A DNA stretch of 64,000 nucleotides from Octopus sinensis (lineage: Eukaryota), in the NCBI RefSeq assembly GCF_006345805.1, contig NC_043003.1:112592001-112656000 (forward strand). Direction: 5' to 3'. The notes below the pieces were generated by a model. It worked only from the letters and a program-made list of their open reading frames with translations, was not told where the DNA came from and searched no databases. Of this stretch, positions 38,936 to 53,010 are shown piece by piece. Within the stretch, counting starts at the first letter, position 1. Each line of letters starts with the position of its first letter. Made by a program: the position numbers and the translations under genes.

Positions 38936-39575
38936 ATATACATACATACATACATACATACACTCTCCAAATGTGAGTTCTTGTATCTAATCCGTAAACT
39001 TAATAAAAATATAAATTTGATGAGACCCTGCAATTACTAACATGTGTTCGATGCAGAATGCAATGAAGGGTGAATTAAAGCCTATTTTTGTCTTGGTTTT
39101 TCATTTTAATCATTTCAAAGCTTTTTTAGTAACCTACTGCTTTGTTTATAATATAGAAAGATAGTGACCTTGGTTTGTTGACACTTATTGGATAGCCTGA
39201 CATGCCATCTTCTCTTGCTCATTTAGTATAACCTCGAATGACCTAGTTGATATTGTACCGAGCAACTAGTTCTTTGGCTACTAGTTTCCTAGATGTTCAT
39301 TGTTAATATGTTGCCTCCAGAACCAAGACATCTGGAACGTCAGATGATAGAATAGTACATCACGTATGCAAACATCAGACGATAGTGAAGTGCATTACGT
39401 ATGCAATAATGCAGTTGCAGCTGTAAGAGCTTTCATGGCTCGTTATACTTATTTACTCTTTCATGTGGATAAGGATGATTCAATTTTATCGCCATTATTC
39501 CGTATGAGGACACAGCAAACTTGTGTATTACGACCAAGACGATAGAACTTAATATAATCTCTCTCTCTCTCTCTC

Positions 39576-39624
<49 letters not shown>

Positions 39625-39628
<4 letters not shown>

Positions 39629-40184
39629 GCCCTGATGCAGAACCAGGCAGAGGCTCTCATGGCTTCTGATCTTAACTGATTGGAAGTATTATCATGTACT
39701 TTGTTTTGTCTTGGTATAAAAGATGGGCTACAGCAAATATACTGCTCAATACCACAGATTTGCTTGTCAGTTGTTTGACCTTACCAGTTGAGCATGTCCC
39801 TTAGTGGCTGACGATATGTGCATCTCTGATCACGAGCAGAAGTAGTGGGGGAGCATCATAGCCATGTGTTGAGAGGGATTCTTTGGGGTTTGAATAATTC
39901 ACCTCTGGAAACATGGGTGGTTCTTTCAACATCCTTAAACAACCCTTATTCAGAGACCTTTTGAGCGGGATGGGCTACTCAACCTGAAGAAAATTCTAAC
40001 TGGGCCCCACCTGCAAGGTCATTTGCTGTTTATCTTGATATGAGATCACCATGTCGCGCACATATGGTTGTGATGCATGTGCCTGGTGTACCTTTATCAG
40101 ACAGGTAGTCATGATGGGTATATTGGGCTTCGTATATTTTACCCCAGTGTCACTTTGATGGCATGAACTGCTCTCTCACTCAAC

Positions 40185-40254
<70 letters not shown>

Positions 40255-40811
40255 GCCCTGATGCAGAACCAGGCAGAGGCTCTCATGGCTTCTGATCTTA
40301 ACTGATTGGAAGTATTATCATGTACTTTGTTTTGTCTTGGTATAAAAGATGGGCTACAGCAAATATACTGCTCAATACCACAGATTTGCTTGTCAGTTGT
40401 TTGACCTTAACCAGTTGAGCATGTCCCTTAGTGGCTGACGATATGTGCATCTCTGATCACGAGCAGAAGTAGTGGGGGAGCATCATAGCCATGTGTTGAG
40501 AGGGATTCTTTGGGGTTTGAATAATTCACCTCTGGAAACATGGGTGGTTCTTTCAACATCCTTAAACAACCCTTATTCAGAGACCTTTTGAGCGGGATGG
40601 GCTACTCAACCTGAAGAAAATTCTAACTGGGCCCCACCTGCAAGGTCATTTGCTGTTTATCTTGATATGAGATCACCATGTCGCGCACATATGGTTGTGA
40701 TGCATGTGCCTGGTGTACCTTTATCAGACAGGTAGTCATGATGGGTATATTGGGCTTCGTATATTTTACCCCAGTGTCACTTTGATGGCATGAACTGCTC
40801 TCTCACTCAAC
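39625..40811. mobile_element. Two near-identical 560-bp non-coding units (39625-40184, 40251-40811), each embedded in (TAA)n
   Basis: The only difference I found is a 1-bp indel (gaccttaccag versus gaccttaaccag). (AAT)n lies on the left, in the middle and on the right. Confidence 0.88.
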
Positions 40812-40971
<160 letters not shown>

Positions 40972-43856
40972 CTGAGTGATCATTTGGTCTGCTAAAATAG
41001 CAACCAAATCTCCTTTAAATTTCCTCCTATCATCTTAATAACTACGGAGGCTATCATGATTCTGCGATCAAAATTGCGGGATGTTAATAGAATGTTATCA
41101 ATCAAGGTTTTTCCTCACCTGAACTGTACATGAGCGAAACAAGAAGAATCATTTTGAACTCGCTCTTAAATCATGTTTTTCTGTCACTGACCACTGTGTT
41201 GGACATGAACATTTGCTTCATCGATGTGACCCACAAGGAAAGTCTGCAAAGATCGGGAGTGAGTTCCCTCCGCCTCTTTCTACCACAACCCGATAAAAAT
41301 ATAATCAATTCCAAATTTCTTCACTGGTTATCACAGCTGCATTCAATAATATGATGAAAGACCGGCTTCGATAGAGTCACTTGTTCTTGTCCCAGTATTT
41401 AAAGTTTATTCGTTTGACTGCAAAAAAAGCAAAATAAATGAGTTGAGCAGGTTTTCATTTCGTGCTCACAACCAGTGACCAACAAAGCACTAGATGTACG
41501 AGTGTAGTGACAAACAGAAGCATCTGGAACAAGTCTCGATTACGCTTTCGTGGTAGTTTCAAGCAATATTTAAATAGCAAAGTAGTTATTAATTGGTGAA
41601 AAGCTCATTGTTATTTGTTGATTGATGTGTTAGACGTTTGCCCAAACATATTTATGATGTGTCAACCCCAGGATCATGCGTAAACGGAAGCTTCTCATTG
41701 TATGTCAAATTAAAATTTAAAAAGAAAAGGAAATTTTGAGCTGGAATTCCGTAGGTGTAGTGGGTGTGTATGTGCATGTGTGTATTTGTACTCAGTTATT
41801 TGAATGTAGACCCTCAATGAATCCCAGATTAGGAGACGTGATGCCACTGTCAATAAAGAAAAAGACGAATGGAAAGAGAAGTATTTTAACGAAAGACCAC
41901 GAAGTGGCTAAAACTATAAATTATAGGTGTAAACATTGAATTAAAAACCTTTTTTCTTCTGAAGAAGGTTTGTACTCCAGCACTGCAATGCTTTTGTATT
42001 TTGAACTGTTTTCGTACCTCGAGATTTTTCCGTAAAAAAAAGAGTGTGCTAATCTAAAGCCCAACAACTTGCATTTAGGAAAAAGACTGATAATGGAGCT
42101 GTATCAGCTGAATGTTATCCAAGATATATGATGTACAGCGTGGGTTGCTTTCAGTCACGGAAACCTAATTGTTGATCATCTAGAGACTATTCTGCCTTGG
42201 TCGTGGCAGTTGCCTCCGCCCACCTAGTGACGAGGTATCAGTATCGCCGCTCATGTGATTTAGCTCACCAGCTTGGTGTACCGAGGTGTCACTTGGAGCC
42301 AGTACATGAGGGATTTAGAGGGAAAGTAAGAACTAGTGATGCACGTCAACTCTACGAGGTAGGGAGTAGCGTACTATACGTTATTCGCACTATTTCTACC
42401 CAGAGTCTCCCACCTACATCCCTAGAATGCAAAAAATAGAAGCTTACCCGTTGCATTTAAGCCACATATTCTGTAAATATTCCAAACGTGCTACTATTGC
42501 TCCGAAGCAATCCTTCAGATGTATCCTTCCATTTTTTATCTTTGAAGCTTTGTTCTTACCAGCGAGAATTATAAGTTGTTTTTTGTCATTAGAATTTAGA
42601 TATTTCCGTAGATTTGTGGAGGAAGCATTTATCCACTTAAGGATATATCAGAGGTGACTTGCCTGCCTGATATGCTACACATTTGGGTCGAAAACAAAAT
42701 ATTGTGTTTGCAAAACGAACTTCTTAAACACACATCTAAGCACTATTTCAGTTTTATTATAACTTAGATTCGTTCCCATTTGTTCCATCGCTACTACCTC
42801 TCTTTATTACAACGTCATTTCACTATAATTTCATCTTTGATACAGTGATAGGTTGTAGCTGTTCTTTCTAGATACATTAATGGGCATTTGCATTAGAAAA
42901 ATAACATTTCTTCATTACTAGTTATATTATCAAAACTCAGTTTCCAAAACTTTCTGACTATAAAGGAAGATCATGAGCCAATCAACTTTTATCATTATCA
43001 ATATAATAACCATTAAATCTGCCAGCAACTATGTCTGCTGCTTCTCACTATTGTTTATTCTTTGTATTTTTACTGAGTTTTGATGGATACCTATTTCATC
43101 TGATTCAATTCTTACTGAAACTGAAAATCGACAACTTTCACTTTTGACATCATTGCTAGTTTGATCATTCTCTCAGTAATCTCAGAAGCTTGTTTAATCA
43201 TCGTGGATGTACGATAAATTATGGACAATCTTTAAACTTCCAAGCAGTGATCTCATTATGTCTGCTTTGACATCACAAGGCAAAATTTCCGGCTTGAGTA
43301 CCTTTGTAACATAATAACCTAATCATTAAGAGATTATGTTGCCTTTATGTGAAGGGGCGGATGTGTGTATAGGAGTGTATGCCTGTGTGACGATCTAAAT
43401 TTGTTTGTGTGTGTGTGTGTGCGTGCGTTCTTTTAGAAATCATTCTTTGGTGGATTTTCAATAGTCAAAGTAACCAAACAATATTAACTGATGTGAAATA
43501 GACTCAAAGAGCTTTTATTTCATCAGTGAATCGGTCAAACTGTTTAATTTAAACAGGTATTAACCGTGGGTTTTGATACTGGTTGTTAAAGAAAGAAATT
43601 AAATTTAATTGGTCAGTTCTTGTACAATGTGCGTAAAACAAGGAAAGGCTATGGGTCAGCGGAAGTTACAGATTGATGAAAGAAGAATAACAGCTAGCGA
43701 TAGTGCAATGCTTCCGAAAAATAAGTCTGTCTTAACGAGGTAAATCCTTAAGTTTTATACAGCAAGAACATTGTTAGTTTTTTAACGTGGTTTGCTTTTT
43801 ACTTGCCGAGTTTGAAGGAAGAGGCAGCAAATATAACTCCTGCAGGTCCTCTAAGA

Positions 43857-43995
43857 TGAGTGAGGTTGATGCCGTTAAAGTTCTGATTAAATTAAGTCAA
43901 CATATGCAGGGGAGACATGAATAGGTGGGCATGGAGGATTCAAGAGGACCAATATTCTGTGAATAAAAGACTGGGCATAGTGATTATTGTAAAAT
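43857..43995 (-). mobile_element. CR1/L2-like LINE 3'-end remnant
   Basis: Minus translation NHYAQSFIHRI; aacggcatcaacctcact is shared with the 19370 copy. Confidence 0.35.
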
Positions 43996-44143
43996 GAGTG
44001 GGTTGAATACAGTAAATGTGGTATGAGACAAGCTAACTCCGAGGAGCAGAGGCCATTTTAGTAGCGATCGTGAAAAATGATTAAAGACAATATACTTACT
44101 GGAAAAGAAAATGTTACTGTGCGGTATTATCTTGTTCTAGAAT

Positions 44144-44452
44144 GAAGGCACGTAGCTTAATGGTTAGCGTATTTAGCTCACGATCGTGAGGTCGTCATTT
44201 CGATTCCCGACGATGTGTTATGTTCTTGAGCAAGACACTTTATTTCACGTTGTTCCAGTTCGCTCAGCTGGTAAAAATGAGTAGTACTTGTATTACAAAT
44301 GTCCTGCTTTGTCACATTTTGAATCTCCCTGACAACTGCATTAAAGGTTTGCGTGTCTGTGGAGTACTCAGCCACTTGCACGTTAATTTCACGAGCAGGC
44401 TTTTCCGTTGATCGGATCAACTGTAACCCACGTCGTTGTAACCGACGGAGTA
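44144..44452 (+). mobile_element. SINE, head D + tail T1
   Basis: tRNA-like head gaaggcacgtagcttaatggttagcg..tttcgattccc; tail gtctgtggagtactcagccacttgcacgttaatttcacgagcagg..gtaaccgacggagt is shared with 18813-19195. Confidence 0.85.
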
Positions 44453-46680
44453 TAGCAGTTAGAGGGTTAAGCATCTAAGTAAAGTAAATTAGCTTCAACT
44501 AAAGATCAGAAGTTGTACACAGACCTTCAGGACAGTGTATCATGAGGAAATGTGACATTGATATTCCCATGACTACAAATTGCCAAGTTCCTCATAAAGT
44601 TACACGAATAAGACAAATGAGAAAAGATCAATGTCAATCTAGAATGGATATTGGCTCACACAACATAATTTTTGTTGGTTATGTATATATTTGTGTGTGT
44701 GTGTGTGTGTGTGTTAGTTGATTTTTTTGTGCGTATTTGGGCTGACAGGCTACGAAGACTTCATGTAGTGGTCTGCAGTTTGTAACAATGTTCCGTACTT
44801 GCGGCCAAAGTAGAAATAACTTGCCATTGTAAAGTACAGCAGTACTCTAAAACTGATAAGTAAACCAGTCCCCGATAAAACATTATGTGTTGGGATAGGA
44901 ACAAATCAAAGCAGAGAACTACATAGACAATTTCTAACTGAAAGTTGCTAAAGTTAGAGTGCAATGGTATTCACATTCAGCTGGTTTCCACGAGAGCTCA
45001 TAGGGATGAACATCTAATTAGGAACCCGACGATCACGACTAATTACAAAATACATTCGACTGCTGTACAACATACGGATTACGAATAAAGTATGAATAAC
45101 TGTTTCCTAATAAAAAGTATTTTCGAGTTTCATTAAAACAAGTTCAATCTACATTGCAACGACTAATTCATAATTCCAATCAATTATTTAACTTTAATCA
45201 GTTTAATCTACAACAGAACAATCTCCCTAATCTGAATCTTTCAAGTAACAATTAATTTTTTGTTAATCACTTTCCATGTTTAGTTTAACTCTCGCTCTAT
45301 TTTCCATCATGTCTCTATCAATTTATTCACTCCTCTGTCTGTATAGCTCTATATTGCTCTCTTTTGCACTTGCTTCAACACAAGAAGGACAGTTGTATTA
45401 ATTAAAATAGAAATAAAAGGAAATGTTAACGACATTTTTTGGAACAATGGAAAAATAATTAAGAAACGAACATTTAATTTTTTGTGATAAACAATTTCAA
45501 ACAAGAGTTTAATTTTTCTAATAAAAATCATTATCTTAAACTATCAGTTACATAGAGACCATAGCTTAATTTTATTTCCTATAATGAGGTTTTTTAGGTG
45601 CTCTTTTCATTTTTCATTTCAGATTATATGACGTTAATGCTTCTACTAGGAATTGAAATTCAATTGCTGATTCGACTTCTAATCTACATTTCCTCCAGCG
45701 TTTCTGAGATATCATTTTATTTTAACTAACTAAGGTGGTAGTTTCATACTTGAAAAGGAATTATAAGTTTGTAACGTTCGTAACTTTCCAAATAAATGGT
45801 TTTATTTGTGATCAAAATCCGTTCATGGTTTCATTATTGTAGACAAATATTCACTTTATTGGAACAATTCATTTTCAAACTGTTATAAATAAGGCGTGGA
45901 GAGAAAGTAGCAGAAAAAATAAAATGTCCAAATTAACGTTTTTCAGTATTGATTTTCTCTTTTATTATTTCCCATTAATTAGATATCTATCTCTGCCTAC
46001 ACATTGTCACTCACAGTTGTGTACTTCTTCTCTCAGGAGTTCAAAACAAAATTAGCAACTATCATGTATTGGGTTGATTCTATTGACTATTGTACTGGCC
46101 ACTACATTAAAAAAAAATGTTTTAGTAAATTACTCAAGATATGTTTTCTGACAGCTCTCACAAGTCTCTTAAAATCTAGTTGACACGTTTCATATTTTTG
46201 TAACAGATTCCTATAAAATCCATGACACTTGTTATTTTTATTGCCGCTTCTACTTTAACGGAGAAAGGCAGCCTCTTCAGACAAGTTGTAAATTTTATAA
46301 CAATTAAGATCTGTTTCATTTTTTGAGTCTTGTCTATTCAAGAGATCGTAAGTTATAAAGCAAAGCGAAAGAACTCGTGATATTATAAGGTTGATCTTGA
46401 CAAAACTAATTTAATAAGCTCTTGCAACCGCTAAAATTATTTGGCTAAAATTAAGTTGGAGCATTGTGAATTTCATTGACTGAAATTTACGCTGTTACTC
46501 TTCCTACTAAACCTATACACAGGCAGTTATATTATATACACTTCTTTGTTTAAGCTCTAAAGCTTATATTTGTACGGGAGTAAGGAATTTATGAGATACA
46601 CGTGTTTTCACAGGTCATTCTCTCTTTTTGCATTTTTCTGTGTTTTTTTCTTCTTATGTTAGAATTCATATGAGGCATGT

Positions 46681-46968
46681 GTGGAGGTGCAATGGCCCAG
46701 TGGTTAGGGCAGCTGACTCGCGGTCGTAGGATCGCTGTTTCGATTCCCAGACCGGGTGTTGTGAGTGTTTATTGAGCGAAAACACTTAAAAGCACCACGA
46801 GGCTCCGGGAGTGGGTGGTGGCGATCTCTGCTGTACTCTTTCACCACTCTTTTTTCTGTTGGTCTGCTCGCTTAGCTTGCGGAGTGGCGTCATTCGAAGG
46901 CTAAAACAATGCGAACGGATTTTGACCAGCGATGTGTAACATCTGATAGCCTGGTCGGTCACGTGATC
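46681..46968 (+). mobile_element. SINE, head C + tail T2, inserted into the head of another SINE
   Basis: Head as at 18813; tail gaaggctaaaacaatgcg..gatagcctggtcggtcacgtgatc; TSD atatgaggca(t/c)gt at 46668-46680 and 47033-47045. Confidence 0.92.
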
Positions 46969-47087
46969 TCATGATTGTGAGCACAACATGTTGAACCACT
47001 AGGCTACGTGCCTCATATCACGTGATCACGTGATATGAGGCACGTAGCCTAGTGGTTAAACATGTTGTGCTCACAATCGTGAGATCA
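46964..47087. repeat. 124-bp zero-spacer palindrome (62-bp arms, 2 mismatches)
   Basis: Centred on tcacgtga|tcacgtga at 47025/47026. Confidence 0.97.
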
Positions 47088-47287
47088 TTGCTTCGATTCC
47101 CAGACCGGTTGAGCGTTGTGTTCTTGAACAAAACACTTCATGCTCAACTCCACTCGGTTGCAAACTGTTAACCCTGCAACGAACAGAGGGAATGTTGGCC
47201 TGCTCGCCTAGCCAGTGGGTAGCATCATTCCAAAGCTAAAACGATGCAAAGCGCATTTTATCCAACGAAGTATAACAACATCTGATC
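47037..47287 (+). mobile_element. Older SINE, head D + tail T2
   Basis: gaggcacgtagcctagtggttaaac..ttcgattcccagaccgg..aagctaaaacgatgcaaagcgc..acatctgat. Confidence 0.8.
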
Positions 47288-47449
47288 ACATTATCACGTA
47301 ATATTTGAATCCGTATGGCCGGTTACCCGTTTTCCATGGCGTATAAATCACTGAGGTCACATCATACCCCATAATGAGACGCCAACGGAGCGAACGAGAT
47401 GCCTGTCCGTCGCGAGATACCAAGCCATCAATTTTGAAGGAAAGAAAGA

Positions 47450-47620
47450 AGTCAATTATATCAATCCCAGTACTTGACTGGTTCCTTATTTTCTCGACCC
47501 AGAAGGGATGAAAGGCAGCGTTGATCTTGGTGGGATTTGAACTAAGAACATAAAGAGCCGAAAGAAACGCCACTAATCGTTTTGTCCGATCTGGTAAAAC
47601 GTCTCCCCACACACCGCCTT
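47450..47620 (-). mobile_element. Degraded SINE family B
   Basis: gatgaaaggcagcgttgatcttggtgggatttgaactaagaac resembles the family B core. Confidence 0.65.
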
Positions 47621-47917
47621 GTTATGAACTACGAAAGACAAAACTAAACAGCAATGTCCACCTTGGCATGGTTTCTAATACTTTAATGCATTTATTGCAT
47701 TTAATACTGACCAATGTTTCTGCCAACCTGCTATTTACATTCTAAGCGTGACATTTCCGTATTATATTTTCCTTTGGTCATTTTCTTACAACAATGAGTT
47801 TGCGTTGAATATTTTGACTTTCCATATTATCCATTTGATTGAATATGAAAACATTGATCTGATCACATGCTCGTTACATTATATCTTTATTTCTTTTGAT
47901 CAGAGCAAAGTAATATT

Positions 47918-48134
47918 TATTTCTTTATTGCCCACAGGGGGCAAAACATAGAGGGGACAAACAAGGGGATTAAGTCGATTATATCGACCCCAGTGATTTA
48001 CTGGTACTTATTTAATCGACCCCGAAAGGATGAAAGGCAAAGTCGACCTCGGCGGAATTTGAACTCAGAACGTAACGGCAGACGAAACACCGCTAGGCAT
48101 TTCGCCCGGCGTGCTAACGTTACTGCCAGCTCGC
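47918..48134 (-). mobile_element. SINE family B with a 17-bp TSD (1 mismatch)
   Basis: cagagca(a/t)agtaatatt at 47901-47917 and 48135-48151. Confidence 0.93.
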
Positions 48135-49907
48135 CAGAGCATAGTAATATTAATTTATAAGGCTATATAATGGAAAATAATCATAATGATGACTGGAAGC
48201 TACAGTAAAAATGTCTAATGAAAAGACGTTGAATGAATAATTTCATTAAAGACAAGACCAATTGGATAAAAATAAAGAAACTTGTGAGATAAACTTAATC
48301 TCGAACCAGCCACTTGGCTTCGCTTCTTAAAAGGTTATAGATTCCACTAACTATCACCATAGGTCATGTAATGGTGTTAAACTAAGCGATAGATTATATC
48401 TACCCCACAATAAAAACAGGAATTATCTCTACAATAACCTTACACATAGGCTTCATGTAAAATTTCCCTTATATTACAAGGTTTTGGTTTATTTCTATCT
48501 ACGATAGAGAAACTTGCTCAAAATTGCATGCAGTGAGATCGAACTCGACAGTGAACAGTAGCGAAACTAACCTCTTAAACACGCAGTCATGCTTGCTGCC
48601 ATATATTTATGCATGTAAGTATAATTAGGATAGGAAGATGCTTTTTTCGGACGTTTTAACCCTGTAAGTCAAATTACATACATACAGAACCAAATATGAG
48701 TCATTAGATAAAGTATTTCGAGAAAGTCAATACTTGAGCAAAGGACGTGAAAACAGGTATGTCAGACTTGAGGTAAGACAACAACAGAAATGACAGCAGC
48801 AGCAATCTGAAACCTAAATCAAGAATCTTTACAGACTCATTTAACTGGATGGAAACTTATTTCACAAGTTTTCGGAAATATTGCCAACTTTGAAGTAAAT
48901 TTCCAGTAATGGAGTCGACAGTGACATTTTGAACTGTTGTGGCCTACCTACCACTTATTTGTAAGGCCTGTCGTACAGAACTCTAAGGAAATTACTGAAA
49001 ATATATGTATTTAGATATTTTTTTATAGAGACGTAGCCTTAGCATCTATTATTGAATCTGTTTAAACGCTAATCTGTCAGTAAGAACGAATGGAGTTATA
49101 TGAGGTCTCTTTTCTCGCTTATATTGTTCAAAGTACAGTAGTGTCGGTAAAACGTTCCATCAGCATAATTTGAAGTATATTTCTTTAGAACGGTAAGATA
49201 TTTCTTAAGATATTTTTCTATTGATGTTTTATCAAAAATATTTGCTTCTTTACAATAATATTTCCAAGAGAGACCACCCGCCTAGGACAGGTTCCGGTTT
49301 CAGTCTTTAGTTCAGGTCATTTCCTTTTCACCTTTCGCTGTTAATGCCTTTGAGGAATGCATAAAAGTCTCAACTATTTCCGCTTCTCTAAAATATTCGT
49401 TATGCGTTCCTCGTCGAAATAAACCGGTAAAAATGCTCTCAGCTTTACTGTTAAATGTTACGCAATTATAATGTTCGAAAGGTTTGATATAATTCAATAT
49501 CAAACAAGAAGATTTTGTAATTTGAGATTTTTTTTCATGCTTTCTATTGGCATTCTTGCTGTTAGATTACGTCAGTTAAGGCAGCGATCTCACAGAATCA
49601 TTACATTTGACAAAATATTTACAGCATGTCTTTAAATTGAAATTTCTAAAGAGGTTAAATTTACTTTTCATCCCGCCAGGATCAATAAGATAAAATACTA
49701 GTCAAGAATTAGTGTCGATGGCATCAACTAATCCATCCACTTCAAATTGCTGTCCCATGCCGAAATACGAAACGATTATTAGGTCGTCTCTTCTTTTGCG
49801 CAATCCTGCTGTACATAGCCATCACCGTCATCATCACAGTGGATTGTGGGAAATAGTAGATTGCACTGCAAAATTTATTGACGTATTACATAGTTGAAGT
49901 CGTGACA

Positions 49908-50222
49908 GCATCTTGTGCGAGTGTCTTCTTCCATAGACTGGACCGACTAAAGGTCTGTTAGTGAATCTGGTAGGCGGAAACTGAAAGAAGCTTGTCGGAT
50001 ATATAATTGTATGTGTTTGTATGTGTGCGTGTGTTTGTACCTCACGACCGTTTGACAACCGGTCTAGGTTTGCTTACGTCCCCATAATTTAGTGGTTCGG
50101 CAAAAGTAACCAAAGAATAAGTATCAGACTTTGAAAATAAGCATTGAAGTCAATTTGTGTGACCAACCCTTCAAGGCGATGCTCCAGCATGGCTGCAGTC
50201 CAAAAGGTGAAACAAGTAAAAT
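49908..50222 (+). mobile_element. Degraded SINE family A
   Basis: ggcggaaactgaaagaagc..gtggttcggcaaaag..gcgatgctccagcatggctgcagtc. Confidence 0.75.
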
Positions 50223-50473
50223 ATAAGCGATAAAAGATACGTCTCCTTATATTCTGAGTTCGAATCCCACAGGAGTTTATTTTATTTTTATATCCGGTCT
50301 TGACAAATATGCGAACTAATAATTGCACCTATTACTTCAATCTCTACTTGACCAACTAGAAATACCCACCAAATAATTTTCATATTACTTCATATTGTCT
50401 TACAAAACTATGAAAGATAATATATATTTATTTCAAATTTTAGCACAAGGATAGCAACTTCGGGGGAGATGGT

Positions 50474-50836
50474 AAGTCGATTAAATCGACCCCAGTGTTC
50501 AACTGGTACTTATTTTAACGTCCAGGAAAGGCTGAAACGCAAAGTCAACTTTCGTGGAATTTGAACTTAGAACACAAAGATGGACGGAATGCCGCTAAGC
50601 ATTATGCTCGGCGTGCTAACGATTGTACCAAGTCCGGCCGAAATGCTTAGCGGTATTTCGTCTGTCGTTATGTTCTGAGTTCAAATTTCGCCGAGGTCGT
50701 CTTTGCCTTTCATCCTTTCGGGGTCGATAAATAAAGTACCAATTTCGCACTGGGATCGACGTAATCGACTTAATCCCTTTGTCTGTCCTTGTTTGTCCCC
50801 TCTATGTTTAGCCCCTTGTGGGCAATAAAGACATAA
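50474..50836. mobile_element. Head-to-head pair of family B SINEs (older minus copy 50474-50634, younger 5'-clipped plus copy 50635-50836)
   Basis: gccgctaagcatt..cggc directly abuts cggccgaaatgcttagcggta; gaatttgaact mirrors agttcaaatt. Confidence 0.85.
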
Positions 50837-51238
50837 ATATATATTTGATAATGTAATACTAGATACACACTCTACAAAACAATAACAACAGAGTTACATT
50901 TGGAATGCTTTTAATCATAGGTAAGCGAGAAGAGGCCTAATACGAGGTTACAAAGTAACACCAGCAATATCCAGAATATTGATGAAGTACTATTAATTGA
51001 AGGGCCCAGCCATTACACTGTCATGCCTAAGACGGCAATTAAGATACGAATATAAAACCAATGCATAAAATAAACCTTATATTAATTTGTTAGTAAATTA
51101 GCAAAAGTGACTCGAGAGTGTAGACTTCTGTGTTACTATTCACTGCGTTTGATCAATAATTCATGATGATACGACGGAACGTCGTACACACAGACACACA
51201 CACACAGACACACAGAGACGCACGCACACACACACACA

Positions 51239-51277
<39 letters not shown>

Positions 51278-51286
51278 TATATATAT

Positions 51287-51451
51287 GCGGAGGCGCAATG
51301 GCCTCGCGGTCGCAGGATCGCGGTTTCGATTCCTAGACCGGGCGTTGTGAGTGTTTATTGAGCGAAAACACCTAAAAAGCTCCACGACGCTCCGGCAGGG
51401 TGTGGTGATCCCTGCTGTACTCTTTCACCAATCTTTCTCTCACTCTTTCTT
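51287..51451 (+). mobile_element. SINE head C with a deletion in the A-box region, tail missing
   Basis: gcaatggcc joins directly to tcgcggtcgcagg, losing the cagtggttagggcagcggac segment seen in other copies. Confidence 0.85.
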
Positions 51452-52029
51452 ATATATATATGTATGTACGTATATATATCTAAACAAAAGTATGGATATA
51501 TGTGTGTACACACATATACATACACACACATATAGATGCATGCATACATACATAAATACATACATATATCGGTAGTGACTGAACAAAGAAAATTGCTGCG
51601 TCTAACATAAATTCTTGAGTTTTTCAGTCTAAGTCAAATTTGCAGAGCTTAAACATTCTTCTAGTATGTTATCGCTACAGAAATACAATCGACAAAGATC
51701 TCATTTCACCCAATGTTCCAGTAATGGCAGCCGGTTCACTGATCAGTCCTTTAAAATTCCTTTCTGACGACCTGCTATATAGCCTACAGATATTACGTTT
51801 TGCTTTTTATGTCCTCTTTTGAACAAGTAATTTGACGGTACCGTCGATTATGTGATAGACCTGATTCTAAACTTGTTCGTGTGATACAACGTTGGTTAAA
51901 AATTTACTGTTTTATTGTAAATGTTGTGTCAATAAAGTTTTAATTTATAGACTTATAAACCATGATGCTTAGAGTGTAGATTTTCGATTATACAAGCTAA
52001 AGGTACGTATGAACTGAGATATATGTTTT

Positions 52030-52400
<371 letters not shown>

Positions 52401-52895
52401 AGATAGATAGAGTGGGAGAGAGAGAGGAAGAGATGCACTAAAATGGGTTTTAAATCACGGATCTTTATAACCTTAATAACTGGAAATATTAGACACTTTG
52501 ACATTTAAAACCATGTATTAGTTTCGCAATTTATACTTGCAGCATGATTTAAACTCGTATCAGCAAAATTAATTTTAAATTAATGGCGAATATATATAGT
52601 CATAACCTCTTTTATGTTGCCTTAGGTTTGGAATCGACCGGAAATCTATTTTGAAATGTGTTCGTTAATACGTGGTCAAGAACTCAATACAACTAGCTAC
52701 TGTAACAATAATATACAATGCTTCGTTATTTTATAAGGTAATATGTACATATCTACAGATTGGTGGCATTGGCAGTGATTGTCAAGGAAGCAACGCGTCA
52801 TTGTTAAGGATTTATAAATTGTTGATTAATAATGTTTAATTGATTTGGCATAGGGGAATATCTTGTGTCCACGGCATGCAAGAACTCCGAGTCCT

Positions 52896-53010
52896 GTGAA
52901 GTTGACGTTGTCAAATGTTCTCCTTGAATACTGTTGATATATTATTGAGTGATCAACAACTCCGCAGCGCTCAATGTTTTGGGGAAGAAGCACTAGGAAT
53001 AGTGTCTGAT
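52896..53010 (-). mobile_element. CR1/L2-like LINE 3'-end remnant
   Basis: Minus strand cactattcctagtgcttcttccccaaaac (HYS*CFFPKT) and acgtcaacttcac, shared with the 19370 copy. Confidence 0.35.

Noticed and set aside
41119-41243. Possible minus-strand exon bounded by ttgcAG and cag|GTGAGG
   Set aside because: Stop codons in all three frames and no recognisable protein; a non-coding exon cannot be supported without RNA data.
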